DNA of 64,000 nt from an uncultured Candidatus Rokubacteria bacterium (GCA_963758635.1 CAVWWD010000007.1:288001-352000), one strand, 5' to 3'; numbered from the stretch's first letter, positions 10,202 through 21,429 are shown. Made by a program: numbers and translations. The notes: generated by a model from the letters alone, not told the origin.

Positions 10202-12047
10202 TCAGCCCAGGACGCGGTCGTACCGGCCGAAGTCGTGCGCGGCGTCCATGAACCACTGGACGATCTCCGGGCTCGACCGCGGCGGGATCTCGCACGACGT
10301 GGACAGGATGAAGCTCGAGTGGCGCGCCGCGGTGTCCACGCAGCGCCGCACCTCGGCCTCGATCTCCTCCTTCGTCGCCTTCTCGAACTTGGTGGCGTCC
10401 ACGTTGCCGATGGCCACCGCCCGGCCCTTGGCGACCTCCATGAAGCGCGCGAGCTGGTCGACGTGGAGCGTGGGGTCCGCCTGCTGGTCCAGGTCGAACG
10501 AGATGGTCGTGAAGCCGCACGCGAGCAGGTCGTCGTAGATCGGGTACGTCGTCCCGCAGATGTGGGTGGTGACGCCCACCTTCTTCGCCTTGAAGTGCTC
10601 GACCAGCTCCTTGTGGTACGGGGCGATGAACTCGCGGTAGTTGTCGGGCGAGATCAGGCTGATCGACGCCGTCGGCTCGGAGAAGCTGAGGCCGATCCGG
10701 GTCTTGACGATGGCGTCGCCCCACGCCTTGCAGAAGTCGGTGGTGAGGCGCATCAGGTCGTGGATGAACTGCGGGTCCTCGAAGGTGTCGAGGAGCATCA
10801 TCTCCGGGTTGCGCAGCAGCATGGCGATGGTCCACGGGCCCACCGCCACCGCGCCGATGGCCGCCGGCGGCGCGGCCTTGACGAGGGCCTCGCACTGCTC
10901 GAGGAAGCCGGGCAGGCGGGCCGTCTTGTAGGGATCGGGCATGACGAGCCGGGCGAGATGCGCCTTGTCCTCCAGCACGTGGCGCTCGATCGACGGCACG
11001 ACGTAGTCGGAGTACTTCACGCCGCAGCCGAACGCCTCCGCCTCCTTGGCGAGGTCGTTGTACGCGAGCACCACGTCGGGCTGGTAGCGCTCGTAGTAGT
11101 TCATCATCGCGGCGATGGCCCGGGTGGGCTTGGTGCAGTACTCCTCGATGCTCATGCCGTCCAGCGTGCCCGCGAACGACGCCACGATGGGATACACGGG
11201 GACGCGGTCGGAGAACGAGCGCTTGTAGGCGGCGACCACGCGATCGCGGTTGGTGAGCGCGACCTTGCCGCTGCTCGGCGTCCCACAGCCGGTTCACCTC
11301 CATGTAGCGGGGCGGGAGCTTGGCCTCGTACTCCATGAACTGCGTGATCGGGTAGCGGATCCCGCCCGCGTGGGTGCCGCGCAGGCCCTCGACGATCTCC
11401 TCGGCCCAGTCCCAGGGGAACGAGAAGGCCATCTCGTGGTCCTGCGTCTGGCCGAAGATCCGGTCGCCCGAGCAGGGGAGGATCACCTGCGGCATCCCCG
11501 TCTGCATCGTGGTGACGATGATGTCCGCGCAGACCGCGCGCCCCTCGAACGACGAGGCGAGCCGGCCGCCGCGCCGCCACAGCGCGGCCTGCGTGAGCCG
11601 CATGACCTGCGCGGGGCTCGCGTACACGCACACCACGTGCGGCTCGAACGTCGCGCGATCCAGCGGCGCGACCAGCAGCGTCTCGTACTCGCCGGGCGCG
11701 AACTTGTCGATGGCCGCCTCCGAGCGCTGCCCCGCCTCCTTGGTCTCGGTGTACATGCCCTCGCAGAGGGTGCCCACGTTATAGATGGGCAGGGGACGGT
11801 CGAACCCGATGGCGGTGATGCCGAGCGAACAGATGTGGTCCTCGCGGGTCAGCGCAATCGTCCAGCCGTAGCGGCGCGCCATGTCGATGACCTGGCACGA
11901 CATGCTGAGCTTGCCGAAGTCGCGCTTGGGCCGGCGCGCGCGGTCCGGGATGGGCTCGCCGGGCTTCAGCATGCGGATGGCCACGGGAAACGTCTGCGGC
12001 CGGAGGAATCCCTGCAGCTCCCGGTCCGCCGTCTTGGCGTCGATCAT
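10202..12047 (-). CDS. Probable fusion of DUF169 domain and uroporphyrinogen decarboxylase-fold (MtaA/CmuA-like) methyltransferase; frameshift near 11271
   Basis: N-part LRPQTFPVAI..SCQ...ARRYG..C...LPCSGDR..G (DUF169-like); C-part LTNRDRV..DRVPVYP, EAEAFG, GPWTIA, HICG, GNVD, ILSTSCE; no start codon at the junction. Confidence 0.75.
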
Positions 12048-12201
12048 GAGCGGGTCTCCTTGCTGACGCGCGTGCCGGTCGCGCTCGAACGTCCGCGCTT
12101 CACTGCGTCCGAAGCCTACGGAGGGGCCCCGACTTTGTCAAGCGAGCGGGGGCGAATTCGGTAGAATGGGCGCGGGCATACGCATCAGTGCCCGCCGCCC
12201 G

Positions 12202-12492
12202 ATGGCCCGCTACCGCGTCCTGTCGTGGAAAGACGTTCCCTCCCTCGTCGAGGCCGTCGACGACGAGGGATCCGCGCAGGTCCCGCTGTCGCCGCGGTTC
12301 CAGGAGCTCATCGACGCGCTCGCGATGCGCGAGGGCGCGTCCGGCGAGGACGCGTACCTCGCGGGATGGGAGCGCGGCCCCGAGCAGGCGCGCGCCGGCC
12401 GCGCCGGAGCCGTGGCCGCGGAGGTGGCGGCGGAGCTGGAAGCCTCGTTCGAGGCGCTGGTCGCGGCTCGCCTGATGCCCCCGCGCGGCTGA
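12202..12492 (+). CDS. 'Virulence factor' domain small protein
   Basis: YRVLSWKDVPSLV...LSPRFQELIDALAMR.G....DAYLAGW, the W.DIP..V / RFQ.AID..AM / YL..W pattern of this family. Confidence 0.75.
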   Translation: MARYRVLSWKDVPSLVEAVDDEGSAQVPLSPRFQELIDALAMREGASGEDAYLAGWERGPEQARAGRAGAVAAEVAAELEASFEALVAARLMPPRG

Positions 12493-12507
12493 TCGCGCCG
12501 TCACGCC

Positions 12508-12536
12508 TTGTCGCGCTCCGACCCGTTGCCTATAAT
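12508..12536 (+). promoter_or_regulatory. Sigma70-type promoter for acs
   Basis: TTGTCG-N17-TATAAT, about 50 bp upstream of the ATG at 12586. Confidence 0.65.
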
Positions 12537-12585
12537 CCGGCCACGTTGGCACCGGCTCGAGCCCACTTCACCAGCGAGGTCCACC

Positions 12586-14535
12586 ATGGCCAAGACAGCG
12601 GCGGTCAGCACCCCGATCGAGGCGCTTCTGAAGGAACGGCGGAAGTTCACGCCGCCCAAGGACTTCGTCAAGAACGCCAACATCAACCGCCCGTCGATCT
12701 ACAAGGAAGCGGCGAGGAACCCCGCGAAGTTCTGGGAAGGCTGGGCCCGCCAGCTCCGGTGGTTCAAGCCGTGGAAGAAGACCGTCGAGTGGAAGGTGCC
12801 CTACGCGAAGTGGTTCATCGGGGGCAAGCTCAACGTGTCCGACAACTGCCTCGACCGGCACGTGACCACCGCGCGACGGACCAAGGCCGCGATCATCTGG
12901 GAAGGCGAGCCGGGCGACACGCGCACCCTCACGTACTGGGACCTGTACCGCGAGGTGAGCCGCTTCGCCGCCGCCCTGAAGCGGAGCGGAGTGAAGAAGG
13001 GCGACCGCGTCACCATCTACATGCCGATGGTCCCCGAGCTGCCCATCGCCATGCTGGCGTGCGCGCGCATCGGCGCGCCCCACAGCGTGGTGTTCGGCGG
13101 CTTCGCGCCCGAGGCCCTGCGCGACCGCATCCACGACGCCGAGTCCACCGTGGTGATCACCGCCGACGGAGGGTTCCGCCGCGGCGGCATCGTGCCGCTC
13201 AAGCTGAACGTCGACGCCGCCCTCAAGGAGTGTCCGGACGTCCGCACCGTGGTGGTCCTCAAGCGTACCGCCCACGAGGTGCCCATGCAGTCCGGGCGCG
13301 ACGTGTGGTGGGACGAGTTCGTCAAGGATGCTCCCGCCCAGTGCCCGCCGGAGAAGATGGACAGCGAGGACATGCTGTTCCTCCTCTACACCTCCGGGTC
13401 CACGGGCAAGCCGAAGGGCATCGTCCACACCACCGCCGGCTACCTCACCGGCGTGATGGCCACGCACCGGTGGGTCTTCGACATCAAGGACACGGACGTG
13501 TACTGGTGCACCGCGGACATCGGGTGGGTCACCGGCCACTCCTACATCGTGTACGGCCCGCTCGCCAACGGGGCCACGACGGTGATGTATGAGGGCACGC
13601 CCGACTTTCCCGACAAGGACCGGTTCTGGCGGATCATCGAGAAGCACGGCATCACGATCTGCTACACCGCGCCCACCGCGATCCGCACGTTCATGCGCTG
13701 GGGCGACGAGTACCCGAACCGCTGCGACCTCTCCAGCCTCCGGCTCCTCGGCAGTGTCGGCGAGCCGATCAATCCCGAGGCCTGGGTCTGGTACTGGAAG
13801 GTCATCGGCCGGGGCCGGTGCCCGGTGGTGGACACGTGGTGGCAGACCGAGACGGGCAACATCCTCATCACCCCGCTGCCCGGCCTCACCACGCTCAAGC
13901 CCGGCTCGGCGACGCGCCCGTTCCCCGGCGTGGAGGCGGAGATCGTCAACGACAAGGGCGAGCCGTCCACGGCGGGCTACCTCGTCCTCAAGAAGCCCTG
14001 GCCGGGCATGCTCCGCGGCATCTACCGGGACCCCCAGCGCTTCGAGGCGCAGTACTGGAGCCGTTTCCCCGGCATCTACTTCACCGGTGACGGGGCGAAG
14101 ATGGACGAGGACGGGTACTTCTGGCTGCTCGGCCGCGTGGACGACGTCATGAACGTCTCCGGCCACCGCGTCTCGACGATGGAGGTGGAGTCCGCGCTCG
14201 TCGACCACCCGCTGGTCGCCGAGGCCGCGGTGATCGGACGCCCGCACGAGATCAAGGGGCAGGCCATCGCCGCGTTCGTCACGATCAAGGACAGCGCCAA
14301 GGGCAGCCGCGAGCTGATGGACGAGCTCAAGGGCCATGTCGCGAAGAAGATCGGCGCGCTGGCGCGCCCCGACGACCTGATCTTCACGTCCGACCTCCCC
14401 AAGACACGGAGCGGCAAGATCATGCGCCGCCTCCTGCGGGACATCGCCGAGGGACGGGCGCTGGGCGACACCACCACGCTCGCCGATCCCGCCGTGGTGG
14501 CGGCCCTGAAGGACAAGTACGGCGAGGAAGAGTAG
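12586..14535 (+). CDS. acs: Acetyl-CoA synthetase (acetate-CoA ligase)
   Basis: [46 protein letters not shown]. Confidence 0.97.
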   Translation: MAKTAAVSTPIEALLKERRKFTPPKDFVKNANINRPSIYKEAARNPAKFWEGWARQLRWFKPWKKTVEWKVPYAKWFIGGKLNVSDNCLDRHVTTARRTKAAIIWEGEPGDTRTLTYWDLYREVSRFAAALKRSGVKKGDRVTIYMPMVPELPIAMLACARIGAPHSVVFGGFAPEALRDRIHDAESTVVITADGGFRRGGIVPLKLNVDAALKECPDVRTVVVLKRTAHEVPMQSGRDVWWDEFVKDAPAQCPPEKMDSEDMLFLLYTSGSTGKPKGIVHTTAGYLTGVMATHRWVFDIKDTDVYWCTADIGWVTGHSYIVYGPLANGATTVMYEGTPDFPDKDRFWRIIEKHGITICYTAPTAIRTFMRWGDEYPNRCDLSSLRLLGSVGEPINPEAWVWYWKVIGRGRCPVVDTWWQTETGNILITPLPGLTTLKPGSATRPFPGVEAEIVNDKGEPSTAGYLVLKKPWPGMLRGIYRDPQRFEAQYWSRFPGIYFTGDGAKMDEDGYFWLLGRVDDVMNVSGHRVSTMEVESALVDHPLVAEAAVIGRPHEIKGQAIAAFVTIKDSAKGSRELMDELKGHVAKKIGALARPDDLIFTSDLPKTRSGKIMRRLLRDIAEGRALGDTTTLADPAVVAALKDKYGEEE

Positions 14536-14799
14536 GACTTCCTCCCGACGTGCTTAGCCCCGCCAGCCGAGCGCCAGGCCCCAGCCGGCCCGCCGGGCTG
14601 CGTCGGGCTCCCCCGGGTCGTGGCGTACCCGGTAGCCCCGGGGCCCTGATCGCTGTTCGGAAACTGCCCGGCCGCTGACCACCGAATGTGCGCTTCTTTC
14701 CCGGTCCACTGTAGGAATTTCGCCCGAAGGAATCCCTACACGCCATCCGTCCATCTGAAATCTCAGTTATTTACCGCTCGACCTGACGACCGGTCACCA

Positions 14800-14815
14800 G
14801 GGCACGTCGCTTGCA
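14800..14815 (+). promoter_or_regulatory. Sigma54 (-24/-12) promoter
   Basis: gGGCACgtcgcTTGCA; GG at 14801-14802 and GC at 14813-14814; AT-richer sequence upstream. Confidence 0.78.
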
Positions 14816-14883
14816 GCACTGTCGGCCGCAAAGGGAACGACGATCCGGCCGGCAACGTGGATGTCGCCCAGGGAGGAGAGGCG

Positions 14884-15297
14884 ATGGACGAGATCAAGAA
14901 GCGACTGGAGAAGGAGCTGAGCCACACCGTGGAGCGCATCCGCCGCATGGGCGGGGGTGTGGTGTTCGAGGAGTTCCCAGGCTCGGTGGGCGAGAACACT
15001 CCCATGGCCGACGAGGTCGACGTCGTCCGTCTCAACGAGGATCGGGAGATGAGCTTCGCCACGAGGAGCCTCCTCGTGGAGCGCGCCAACAAGCTCGCCG
15101 AGGCGCTCGAGCGACTCCGCGATGGCGAGTACGGCGTCTGCCAGGAGTGCAGCGAGACCATCGCCCCGGCCCGGCTCCGGGCCATGCCGGAGGTGACCAC
15201 CTGCGTCCGGTGCCAGGATCGCCTGGAGCGGAGCGCCGGGCGCCTTCAGCCCGTCGGCGCCGGCCAGAACGGCGGCGAGGACAGCGAGGAAGAGTAG
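14884..15297 (+). CDS. TraR/DksA C4-type zinc finger protein
   Basis: ALERLRDGEYGVCQEC..I...RLRAMP....CVRC; GGAG RBS. Confidence 0.9.
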   Translation: MDEIKKRLEKELSHTVERIRRMGGGVVFEEFPGSVGENTPMADEVDVVRLNEDREMSFATRSLLVERANKLAEALERLRDGEYGVCQECSETIAPARLRAMPEVTTCVRCQDRLERSAGRLQPVGAGQNGGEDSEEE

Positions 15298-15360
15298 CCG
15301 AAGCCGAAACCTCTCACCGGCCGAGGCACGAGAGGGACGTCCCGCAGGCCCTGCGCGATT

Positions 15361-16101
15361 CTACAGCCGGGCTCGCAGGAGGTCCGGTCGATCGGTGATG
15401 ATGCCCGTGACTTCCCACTCGACGAGCCGGTCCATCAGGGCCGGCTCGTTGACCGTCCACGCATAGCACGCCAGCCCCGATGTCCTGATCGCGCGCACCT
15501 CGGCCTCCGTCAGCCGCTCCGCCGCCGGACAGATGGCCTGCACCAGGCCCGGCGCCAGGGGCACGTCGTGGAACGGCGGCGCCTCGACGAGGGCCCCGAG
15601 CGCGATCTCCCGGTTGAACCCGCGGCAGCGCGCCAGCGCGGCGTGGTCGAAGGACTGGATCACCGCGAGGTCGACCACGTCGTAGATCTCCACCATCGAC
15701 ACCACGCGCTCCTCGATGCCCGGGTACACGTCGGAGCCGGCCTTGATCTCGATCCAGAACCGCGCGCGGTCCCGGAACCGCTCCAGCACTTCCTGGAGCG
15801 TCTGGATGCGCTGCCCGCGAAAGGGCGGCCCGTACCAGCCGCCCGCGTCGAGCCGCTTGAGCTCGCGCATCGTGCGGGCGCCCACGGGCCCGGCGCCGTC
15901 CGTGGTGCGCTCGAGCGCGTGGTCGTGGATCACCACGGGATGGCCGTCCGCGCTGAGGTGCACGTCGAGCTCGATGCCGTCAGCGCCTTGCGTCAGCGCC
16001 AGCTCGAAGGCGGCGATGGTGTTCTCCGGCGCCGCGGCCGACGCCCCGCGGTGAGCGACGACGAGGCACCTTGCCCGGCCGGGAGCGGCCTCGGTGGTCA
16101 C
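15361..16101 (-). CDS. Glycerophosphodiester phosphodiesterase
   Basis: AHRGAS..APENT, ELDVHLSADG..VVIHD, WTVN, GIITDRP; start approximate. Confidence 0.93.
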   Translation of the reverse strand: MTTEAAPGRARCLVVAHRGASAAAPENTIAAFELALTQGADGIELDVHLSADGHPVVIHDHALERTTDGAGPVGARTMRELKRLDAGGWYGPPFRGQRIQTLQEVLERFRDRARFWIEIKAGSDVYPGIEERVVSMVEIYDVVDLAVIQSFDHAALARCRGFNREIALGALVEAPPFHDVPLAPGLVQAICPAAERLTEAEVRAIRTSGLACYAWTVNEPALMDRLVEWEVTGIITDRPDLLRARL

Positions 16102-16127
16102 CGCGGTTCCGTGGCAGTATCGGGGAC

Positions 16128-16811
16128 GTGCGCACGCCGATCCTCGACCTGTTCCGGCCACCCTTGCGGCTCGGCGGGCGGCTCTACTGGGGTCTCCGCT
16201 TCACCGGCATCGAGCACATCCCCGCCGCGGGCCCGCTCATCATCGCGCCGAACCACGTGACCTACGCGGACCCGGTGCTGGTCTCGATCCCCGTCCGGCG
16301 GCCCGTGTACTACATGGCGTGGGACGTCCTGTTCCGGATCCCCGTCTTCTCCTGGGTGATCCGACGCCTCCGCGCGTTCCCCGTCGACATCGAGTCGGCC
16401 GATCCGCGAGCCACGCGCGAGGCGGTGCGCCTGCTCGACGCGGGCGAGGTGGTGATGATCTTCCCGGAGGGCAGTCGCAGCCCCGACGGACGCCTGCAGC
16501 GGTTCAAGCTGGGCGCGTTTCGCCTCGCGTGCTCGCGCGGCGTGCCCATCCTGCCCGTCACGATCGTGGGCGGCCACGAGGCCTGGCCGCCGGGACGCGT
16601 GCTCCCCCGGCCCGGACGGCTCACGATCGTCTATCTCCCGCCGATCGCGCCGCCGCCTCCGGACGTGGACGTGCGCGCACAGGCGAGGGTCCTCGCCGAT
16701 GCCGTCCGCGACGCGATCGCCTCGGCGCTCCCCGCGCCGCAGCGCTCCGCGTCCGAGGCGGAGGGCGCGCGGTCCGGCACGCCCGGGACGCACGGCGGCA
16801 CTCACTCGTGA
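16128..16811 (+). CDS. Lysophospholipid / 1-acyl-sn-glycerol-3-phosphate acyltransferase (PlsC family)
   Basis: NHVTYAD (HX4D), IFPEGSRS. Confidence 0.9.
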   Translation: MRTPILDLFRPPLRLGGRLYWGLRFTGIEHIPAAGPLIIAPNHVTYADPVLVSIPVRRPVYYMAWDVLFRIPVFSWVIRRLRAFPVDIESADPRATREAVRLLDAGEVVMIFPEGSRSPDGRLQRFKLGAFRLACSRGVPILPVTIVGGHEAWPPGRVLPRPGRLTIVYLPPIAPPPPDVDVRAQARVLADAVRDAIASALPAPQRSASEAEGARSGTPGTHGGTHS

Positions 16812-16890
16812 GCCCCGCGCATCAGACCAATGCTGAGCGGTGGGACTGTAGAGGCCCGTGGCGCTGACCGCATTCGGCGAGGGACACTAG
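16805..16890 (+). repeat. ~80-bp dispersed imperfect-palindromic element, copy 1
   Basis: gtgagccccgcgcatcagaccaatgctgagcggtgggactgtagaggcccgtggcgctgaccgcattcggcgagggacac; similar to 38123-38208 and 63409-63494. Confidence 0.88.
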
Positions 16891-17753
16891 AACGAGAGCT
16901 GCGGCGACGCGTCGGCCGGCGACATGAAGCCGACGGGCATGAGCGCGGTGGACGTCGCCCAGCCGACGCGGCCGCGCCAGTCCACCATGATGAGACCGCC
17001 GTCCCCGCGGCCCTCCTCCACCAGGATATCGACGGCGACCTGGCAGGCGTGACGGGGGTCGGACACCGCCTTCAGCACGTCGAGGGCCCGGCGCGCGAGC
17101 ACCACGCGGATGATCGCCTCGCCGTCGCCGGTGCACGAGACGCCGCCCAGCGTGCTCTCCGCGTACGTGCCACAGCCGATGAGGGCCGAGTCGCCCACGC
17201 GTCCGGGAAGCTTCCCCGCGGTGCCTCCGGTGGACGTCGCGGCGGCCATCGTGCCGTTCCGGTCCAGGGCCACCGCGCCGACCGTGCCGGCCTGGATCGC
17301 CTCGAGCCGCTTTCGCTGCCGGTCGGTGACGAGCTCGGCGGGATCGCAGGCCGGGATGCCGAGCGCGCGGGCCCGCTCCTCCGCGCCCGCGCCCACGAAC
17401 AGGCTGTGGCGGCCGGCGTCCAGGATGCGGCGGGCCAGCGAGATCGGGTGACGGATCGCGCGGACCGAGGCGACGGCGCCGTTCCGGAGCGCGTCGCCCT
17501 CCATGATCGAGGCGTCCATCTCGACCGTGCCGTCACGGGTGAGGACGGAGCCGCGCCCGGCGTTGAAGCGGGGATGGTCCTCCAGGCTCCGGACCGTCGC
17601 CTCCACCGCGTCGAGGGCGAGGCCTCCCGCGTCGAGGACCGCCCAGCCCGCGGCGACGGCCGCGCGGACGCCGTCGCGAAGCTCGGCGCGACCATCGACC
17701 GGATCGGCGCCGGCGCCGCCGTGCACGATCAGCGCGGGAACGCGGCTTGTCAT
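16887..17753 (-). CDS. Isoaspartyl peptidase / L-asparaginase (Ntn hydrolase)
   Basis: VHGGAG, FNAGRGS, EMDASIM, GTVGAVA, TSTGG, GRVGDS, TGDGE. Confidence 0.93.
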   Translation of the reverse strand: MTSRVPALIVHGGAGADPVDGRAELRDGVRAAVAAGWAVLDAGGLALDAVEATVRSLEDHPRFNAGRGSVLTRDGTVEMDASIMEGDALRNGAVASVRAIRHPISLARRILDAGRHSLFVGAGAEERARALGIPACDPAELVTDRQRKRLEAIQAGTVGAVALDRNGTMAAATSTGGTAGKLPGRVGDSALIGCGTYAESTLGGVSCTGDGEAIIRVVLARRALDVLKAVSDPRHACQVAVDILVEEGRGDGGLIMVDWRGRVGWATSTALMPVGFMSPADASPQLSF

Positions 17754-17782
17754 CGCTCCGAGGACCCCCGTATCATCGCGCC

Positions 17783-18496
17783 GTGATTGTGCTCGAACCC
17801 CGGCGTGAGGACAACGCTCCTCTGGCCGACCTCGCCCGCCGCATCGTCGAGTGTCGTCGCTGCCCGCGTCTCGTGCGTCACCGGGAGGCGGCGGCGGCGC
17901 GCCCGCCCCGGCGCTATGCCGGCCAGTCGTACTGGGCGCGGCCGTTGCCCGGCTTCGGCGATGCCGAGGCCCGCGTCCTCCTGGTCGGGCTCGCGCCCGC
18001 CGCGCACGGCGGCAACCGCACGGGCCGCATGTTCACGGGCGACCGGAGCGGCGACTGGCTGTTCGGCGCGCTCCACGCCGCGGGCTTCGCCAATCAGCCC
18101 TCCTCGCGCGCCCGCGACGACGGCCTGCGCCTGACCGGCGCCTGGATCACCGCGGCGCTCCGCTGCGCGCCGCCCGCCAACAAGCCGGCGCCGCGCGAGA
18201 TGGCGCGCTGCCAGCCGTTCCTCCTCGAGGAGCTCGACGCGCTCGCCCACGTGCGCGTGGTGGTGGCGCTCGGCAAGATCGGCTGGGACGCGTATCTCCG
18301 CGCCCGGCGCGCGCAGGGCCGCGGCGTGCCCCGGCCGCTGCCCCGGTTCGGCCACGGCGCGCGCGCGCCGCTGCCAGACGGTCCGATCCTCCTCGGCTCC
18401 TTCCATCCGAGCCAGCAGAACACGTTCACCGGGAAGCTCACCCGTCCCATGCTCCACGGCGTGCTGCGGCAGGCGCGCCGCCTCGCCGGGCTCTGA
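17783..18496 (+). CDS. udgB: Uracil-DNA glycosylase family 5
   Basis: CRRCPRL, GLAPAAHGGNRTGRMFTGD, CAPPANKP, HPSQQN. Confidence 0.9.
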   Translation: MIVLEPRREDNAPLADLARRIVECRRCPRLVRHREAAAARPPRRYAGQSYWARPLPGFGDAEARVLLVGLAPAAHGGNRTGRMFTGDRSGDWLFGALHAAGFANQPSSRARDDGLRLTGAWITAALRCAPPANKPAPREMARCQPFLLEELDALAHVRVVVALGKIGWDAYLRARRAQGRGVPRPLPRFGHGARAPLPDGPILLGSFHPSQQNTFTGKLTRPMLHGVLRQARRLAGL

Positions 18497-18558
18497 GCGA
18501 GAGCGGCGGGGCGCTCTCGCGCTTGCCGGCCCGGAGGGCGCGGCGCATAATCGCGCGC

Positions 18559-19887
18559 ATGCGGCTCGCGACGATCGCCGCGGCGCTCGCGCTCCTCGTC
18601 GGCGCCACGGGGGCATCGGCGAGCGGCGCCGTCGTCGAGGCCACGCTGGACAACGGCCTCCGCGTGCTCCTTCTCGAGGACCGCCGAAGTCCGATCGTCT
18701 CCGTGCAGGCCTGGTACCGGGTGGGCTCCCGCGACGAGCGCCCGGGCGCCACCGGCCTCGCGCACTTCCTCGAGCACCTGATGTTCAAGGGCACCCGGGC
18801 CCACGGCAAGGGCGAGTTCGCCCGGCTCGTCGAGCAGAGCGGCGGGCAGGACAACGCCTTCACGTCCCAGGACGTGACCGCGTACTACGTGGACATCGCC
18901 GCCGACCGCGTCGACCTCGTGCTGCGCCTCGAGGCCGACCGCATGCGGAACCTCCTCCTCGATCCGAAGGAGGTCGACGCCGAGCGCGCCGTCGTGATGG
19001 AGGAGCGGCGCACCCGGAGCGAGGACGACCCGGAGGGCGCGCTGTCCGAGGAGCTGTCGGCGATCGCGTTCAAGGCGCACCCGTACCGGTGGCCCACCAT
19101 CGGGTGGATGGAGGACATCCGCCGCGTCGGCCCCGCCGAGATCCGGGCCTTCTACGACACGTACTACGTCCCCAACAACGCGCTGCTCGTGGCCGTGGGC
19201 GACTTCGACGCGCCCGCGCTGCTCGAGCGGGTCCGGGCCCTCTTCGGGCCGATTCCGCGCGGCCCCGCGCCGCCCGCCGTCACCGCGGTCGAGCCGGCCC
19301 AGTCGAGCGAGCGCCGCGTGAGCCTGCGCCGGGCGAGCGCGCGGCTGCCGAGCGTGAGCATCGCGTATCACGTGCCGAACCACACGTCGGCCGACGCGCC
19401 CGCGCTCGAGCTGCTCTCCACCGTGCTGTCCGAGGGCCGGGCCTCGCGCCTGTACCGGACGCTCGTCTACGAGCAGCAGGTCGCCCTCGACGCCGGCGGC
19501 GACTACGCCTTCGGCTCGCGCGACCCGAACCTCTTCTGGTTCTACGCCACGCTCCAGCCCGGGCAGGCGCCCGAGCAGATCGAGCAGGCCCTGCTCAGGG
19601 AGATCGAGGCGCTCAAGACGGAGCCGGTGCCGGACGAGGAGCTGGCGCGCGCCAAGAACCAGATCGAGGCCGCGTTCGTCTGGGCCCAGGACTCGATCCA
19701 CTCGCGGGCGTCCAACCTCGCCCGCTTCGAGCTGATGGGCTCGTGGCGGCTCCTCGATCGGTTCGTGCCCGCCATCCGCGCGGTGACCGCGGCCGACCTG
19801 CAGCGCGTGGCCCGGACGTACTTCGCGCCCGATGCGAAGAGCGTGGGCGTCCTCCTGCCTGGCCCATCCGGGGGCGGCGACCGATGA
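18559..19887 (+). CDS. M16 family zinc peptidase, catalytic subunit
   Basis: Signal peptide; GLAHFLEHLMFKGT (HXXEH), NAFTS, Y.PNNA. Confidence 0.93.
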   Translation: MRLATIAAALALLVGATGASASGAVVEATLDNGLRVLLLEDRRSPIVSVQAWYRVGSRDERPGATGLAHFLEHLMFKGTRAHGKGEFARLVEQSGGQDNAFTSQDVTAYYVDIAADRVDLVLRLEADRMRNLLLDPKEVDAERAVVMEERRTRSEDDPEGALSEELSAIAFKAHPYRWPTIGWMEDIRRVGPAEIRAFYDTYYVPNNALLVAVGDFDAPALLERVRALFGPIPRGPAPPAVTAVEPAQSSERRVSLRRASARLPSVSIAYHVPNHTSADAPALELLSTVLSEGRASRLYRTLVYEQQVALDAGGDYAFGSRDPNLFWFYATLQPGQAPEQIEQALLREIEALKTEPVPDEELARAKNQIEAAFVWAQDSIHSRASNLARFELMGSWRLLDRFVPAIRAVTAADLQRVARTYFAPDAKSVGVLLPGPSGGGDR

Positions 19888-21429
19888 GCGCGCGCCACCG
19901 GTCGGGCGCACGGCGGACCGGGCGACCGCTCCGCCGGTCCGGCGCGGGGCAACCGGTGAGAACGCTCCGGCTCGTCGCGGCTCTTCTGTGCGCCCTCGGG
20001 GCGGTGGCGCCGCCGGGGCCCGTCCGCGCCGCCGGCCCGCTCGCCCATCGCGAGGTCCTTCCCAGCGGCATGATCCTCCTGATCGCCGAGCGGCGGGCCA
20101 TTCCCGTCGTGGTCGTCAGCGTGTCCGTGCGCGCGGGCTCGGTGCTCGATCCCCCCGGCGGGCGCGGGCTCGCCAACCTCACCGCCTCGCTCCTCACGCG
20201 CGGCACGGCGAAGCGGACGGGACCCGAGCTGGACCGCGCCATCGAGTTCGTGGGAGGCACGCTCGAGGCGGAGGCGGGGCGCGACACGGTCAGCGTCTCC
20301 CTCGCCGTCCTGCGCAAGGACCTCGACCTCGGGCTCGACCTGCTCGCCGAGGTCCTGCGCGAGCCGACCTTCCCGGAGGCCGAGCTCTCGCGCAAGGCGC
20401 GGGAGATCCAGGCCGTGCTCGAGCGCGCCGAGGAAGATCCCGAGACGCTGGCCAGCCGCGCCCTCGCCGACGCGCTCTATCCCGGCCATCCCTACGGGCG
20501 GCCCGTCGCCGGCACGAAGGAGTCGGTGGGACAGCTCACCCGCGAGCAGGTCGTCGCCTTCCATCGTGCCCACTACCGGCCCGACGCCGCCACCATCGCG
20601 GTGGTCGGCGACGTGTCGCGCGAGGAGGCGCGGAAGGGGATCGTCGCGCGCCTCGGCGGCTGGGCGCGGCCCGCGGGGCCGCTGCCGGCGATCGCCATCG
20701 CCTCGACGCGGCCGCCCGCCGTCTCGCGCGCGATGACCCGCGACCTGACCCAGGCCACCGTGATGCTCGGGGGACCCGCCGTGCGCCAGGACCATCCGGA
20801 TTACTTCCCGCTGCTCGTGGCCACCCAGGCGCTCGGCGGCGGGTCGTCCTCGCGCCTCTACACGCGCGTGCGGGAGGAGCGCGGCCTCGCGTACTCCATC
20901 GGCAGCCGGCTGTCGGCCGCGCGGCACGGATCGTCCGTGATCGTCTCGCTCCAGACCAGGAACGACGCCGTGGACGAGACGGTCGAAGCTCGTGAGGGAG
21001 GAGCTGGCGCGGATGGGACGGGAGCATCTTCCCGCCGCGGAGCTGGACGTGGCGAAGTCGTACCTGGTCGGCAGCTTCCCGCTGCGCCTCGGCACCACCG
21101 CGAACGTCGCCGGCTTCCTGATCGGCGTGGAGGAGAACGGTCTCGGGCTCGGCTACCCGGCCGTGTTCCGCGAGCGGGTGGCGCGCGTGACCGCCGCGGA
21201 CGTGGCGCGCGTGGCCGCGCGCTACCTGGATCCGTCGGGGCTGTCGTCGGTCGTGGTCAGCGGCAAGAGCGACTCGAGCTCCCGGCGCGACGCTCAGCGG
21301 CCCGGCGTCCCGGGCGTCGCTACCATCGTCCCCCCACGCCCCACGAGAAGCCCCAGCCCCCGTACGGCCAGTACGGACCGTAGTAGTACGGGTACGCGTA
21401 CGGCGGGAGGTCGCGCGGCCAGAGCGTGA
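19884..21429 (+). CDS. M16 family peptidase, non-catalytic partner; frameshift near 20987, 3' end uncertain
   Basis: GLANLTASLLTRGT (no HXXEH), GHPYG, SSRLY..VREERGLAYS; continues in ORF 20992-21429. Confidence 0.85.

Noticed and set aside
11255..11290. Programmed frameshift between DUF169 and the methyltransferase domain
   Set aside because: No slippery heptamer visible, and the window has many similar indels attributable to sequencing error
12546..12562. Sigma54 promoter before acs (TTGGCAC)
   Set aside because: No TGC at the -12 position; a sigma70-type promoter just upstream fits better
16805..16890. Dispersed 80-bp element as an integron attC site
   Set aside because: No RYYYAAC...GTTRRRY ends, flanking genes are housekeeping, and no integrase is present
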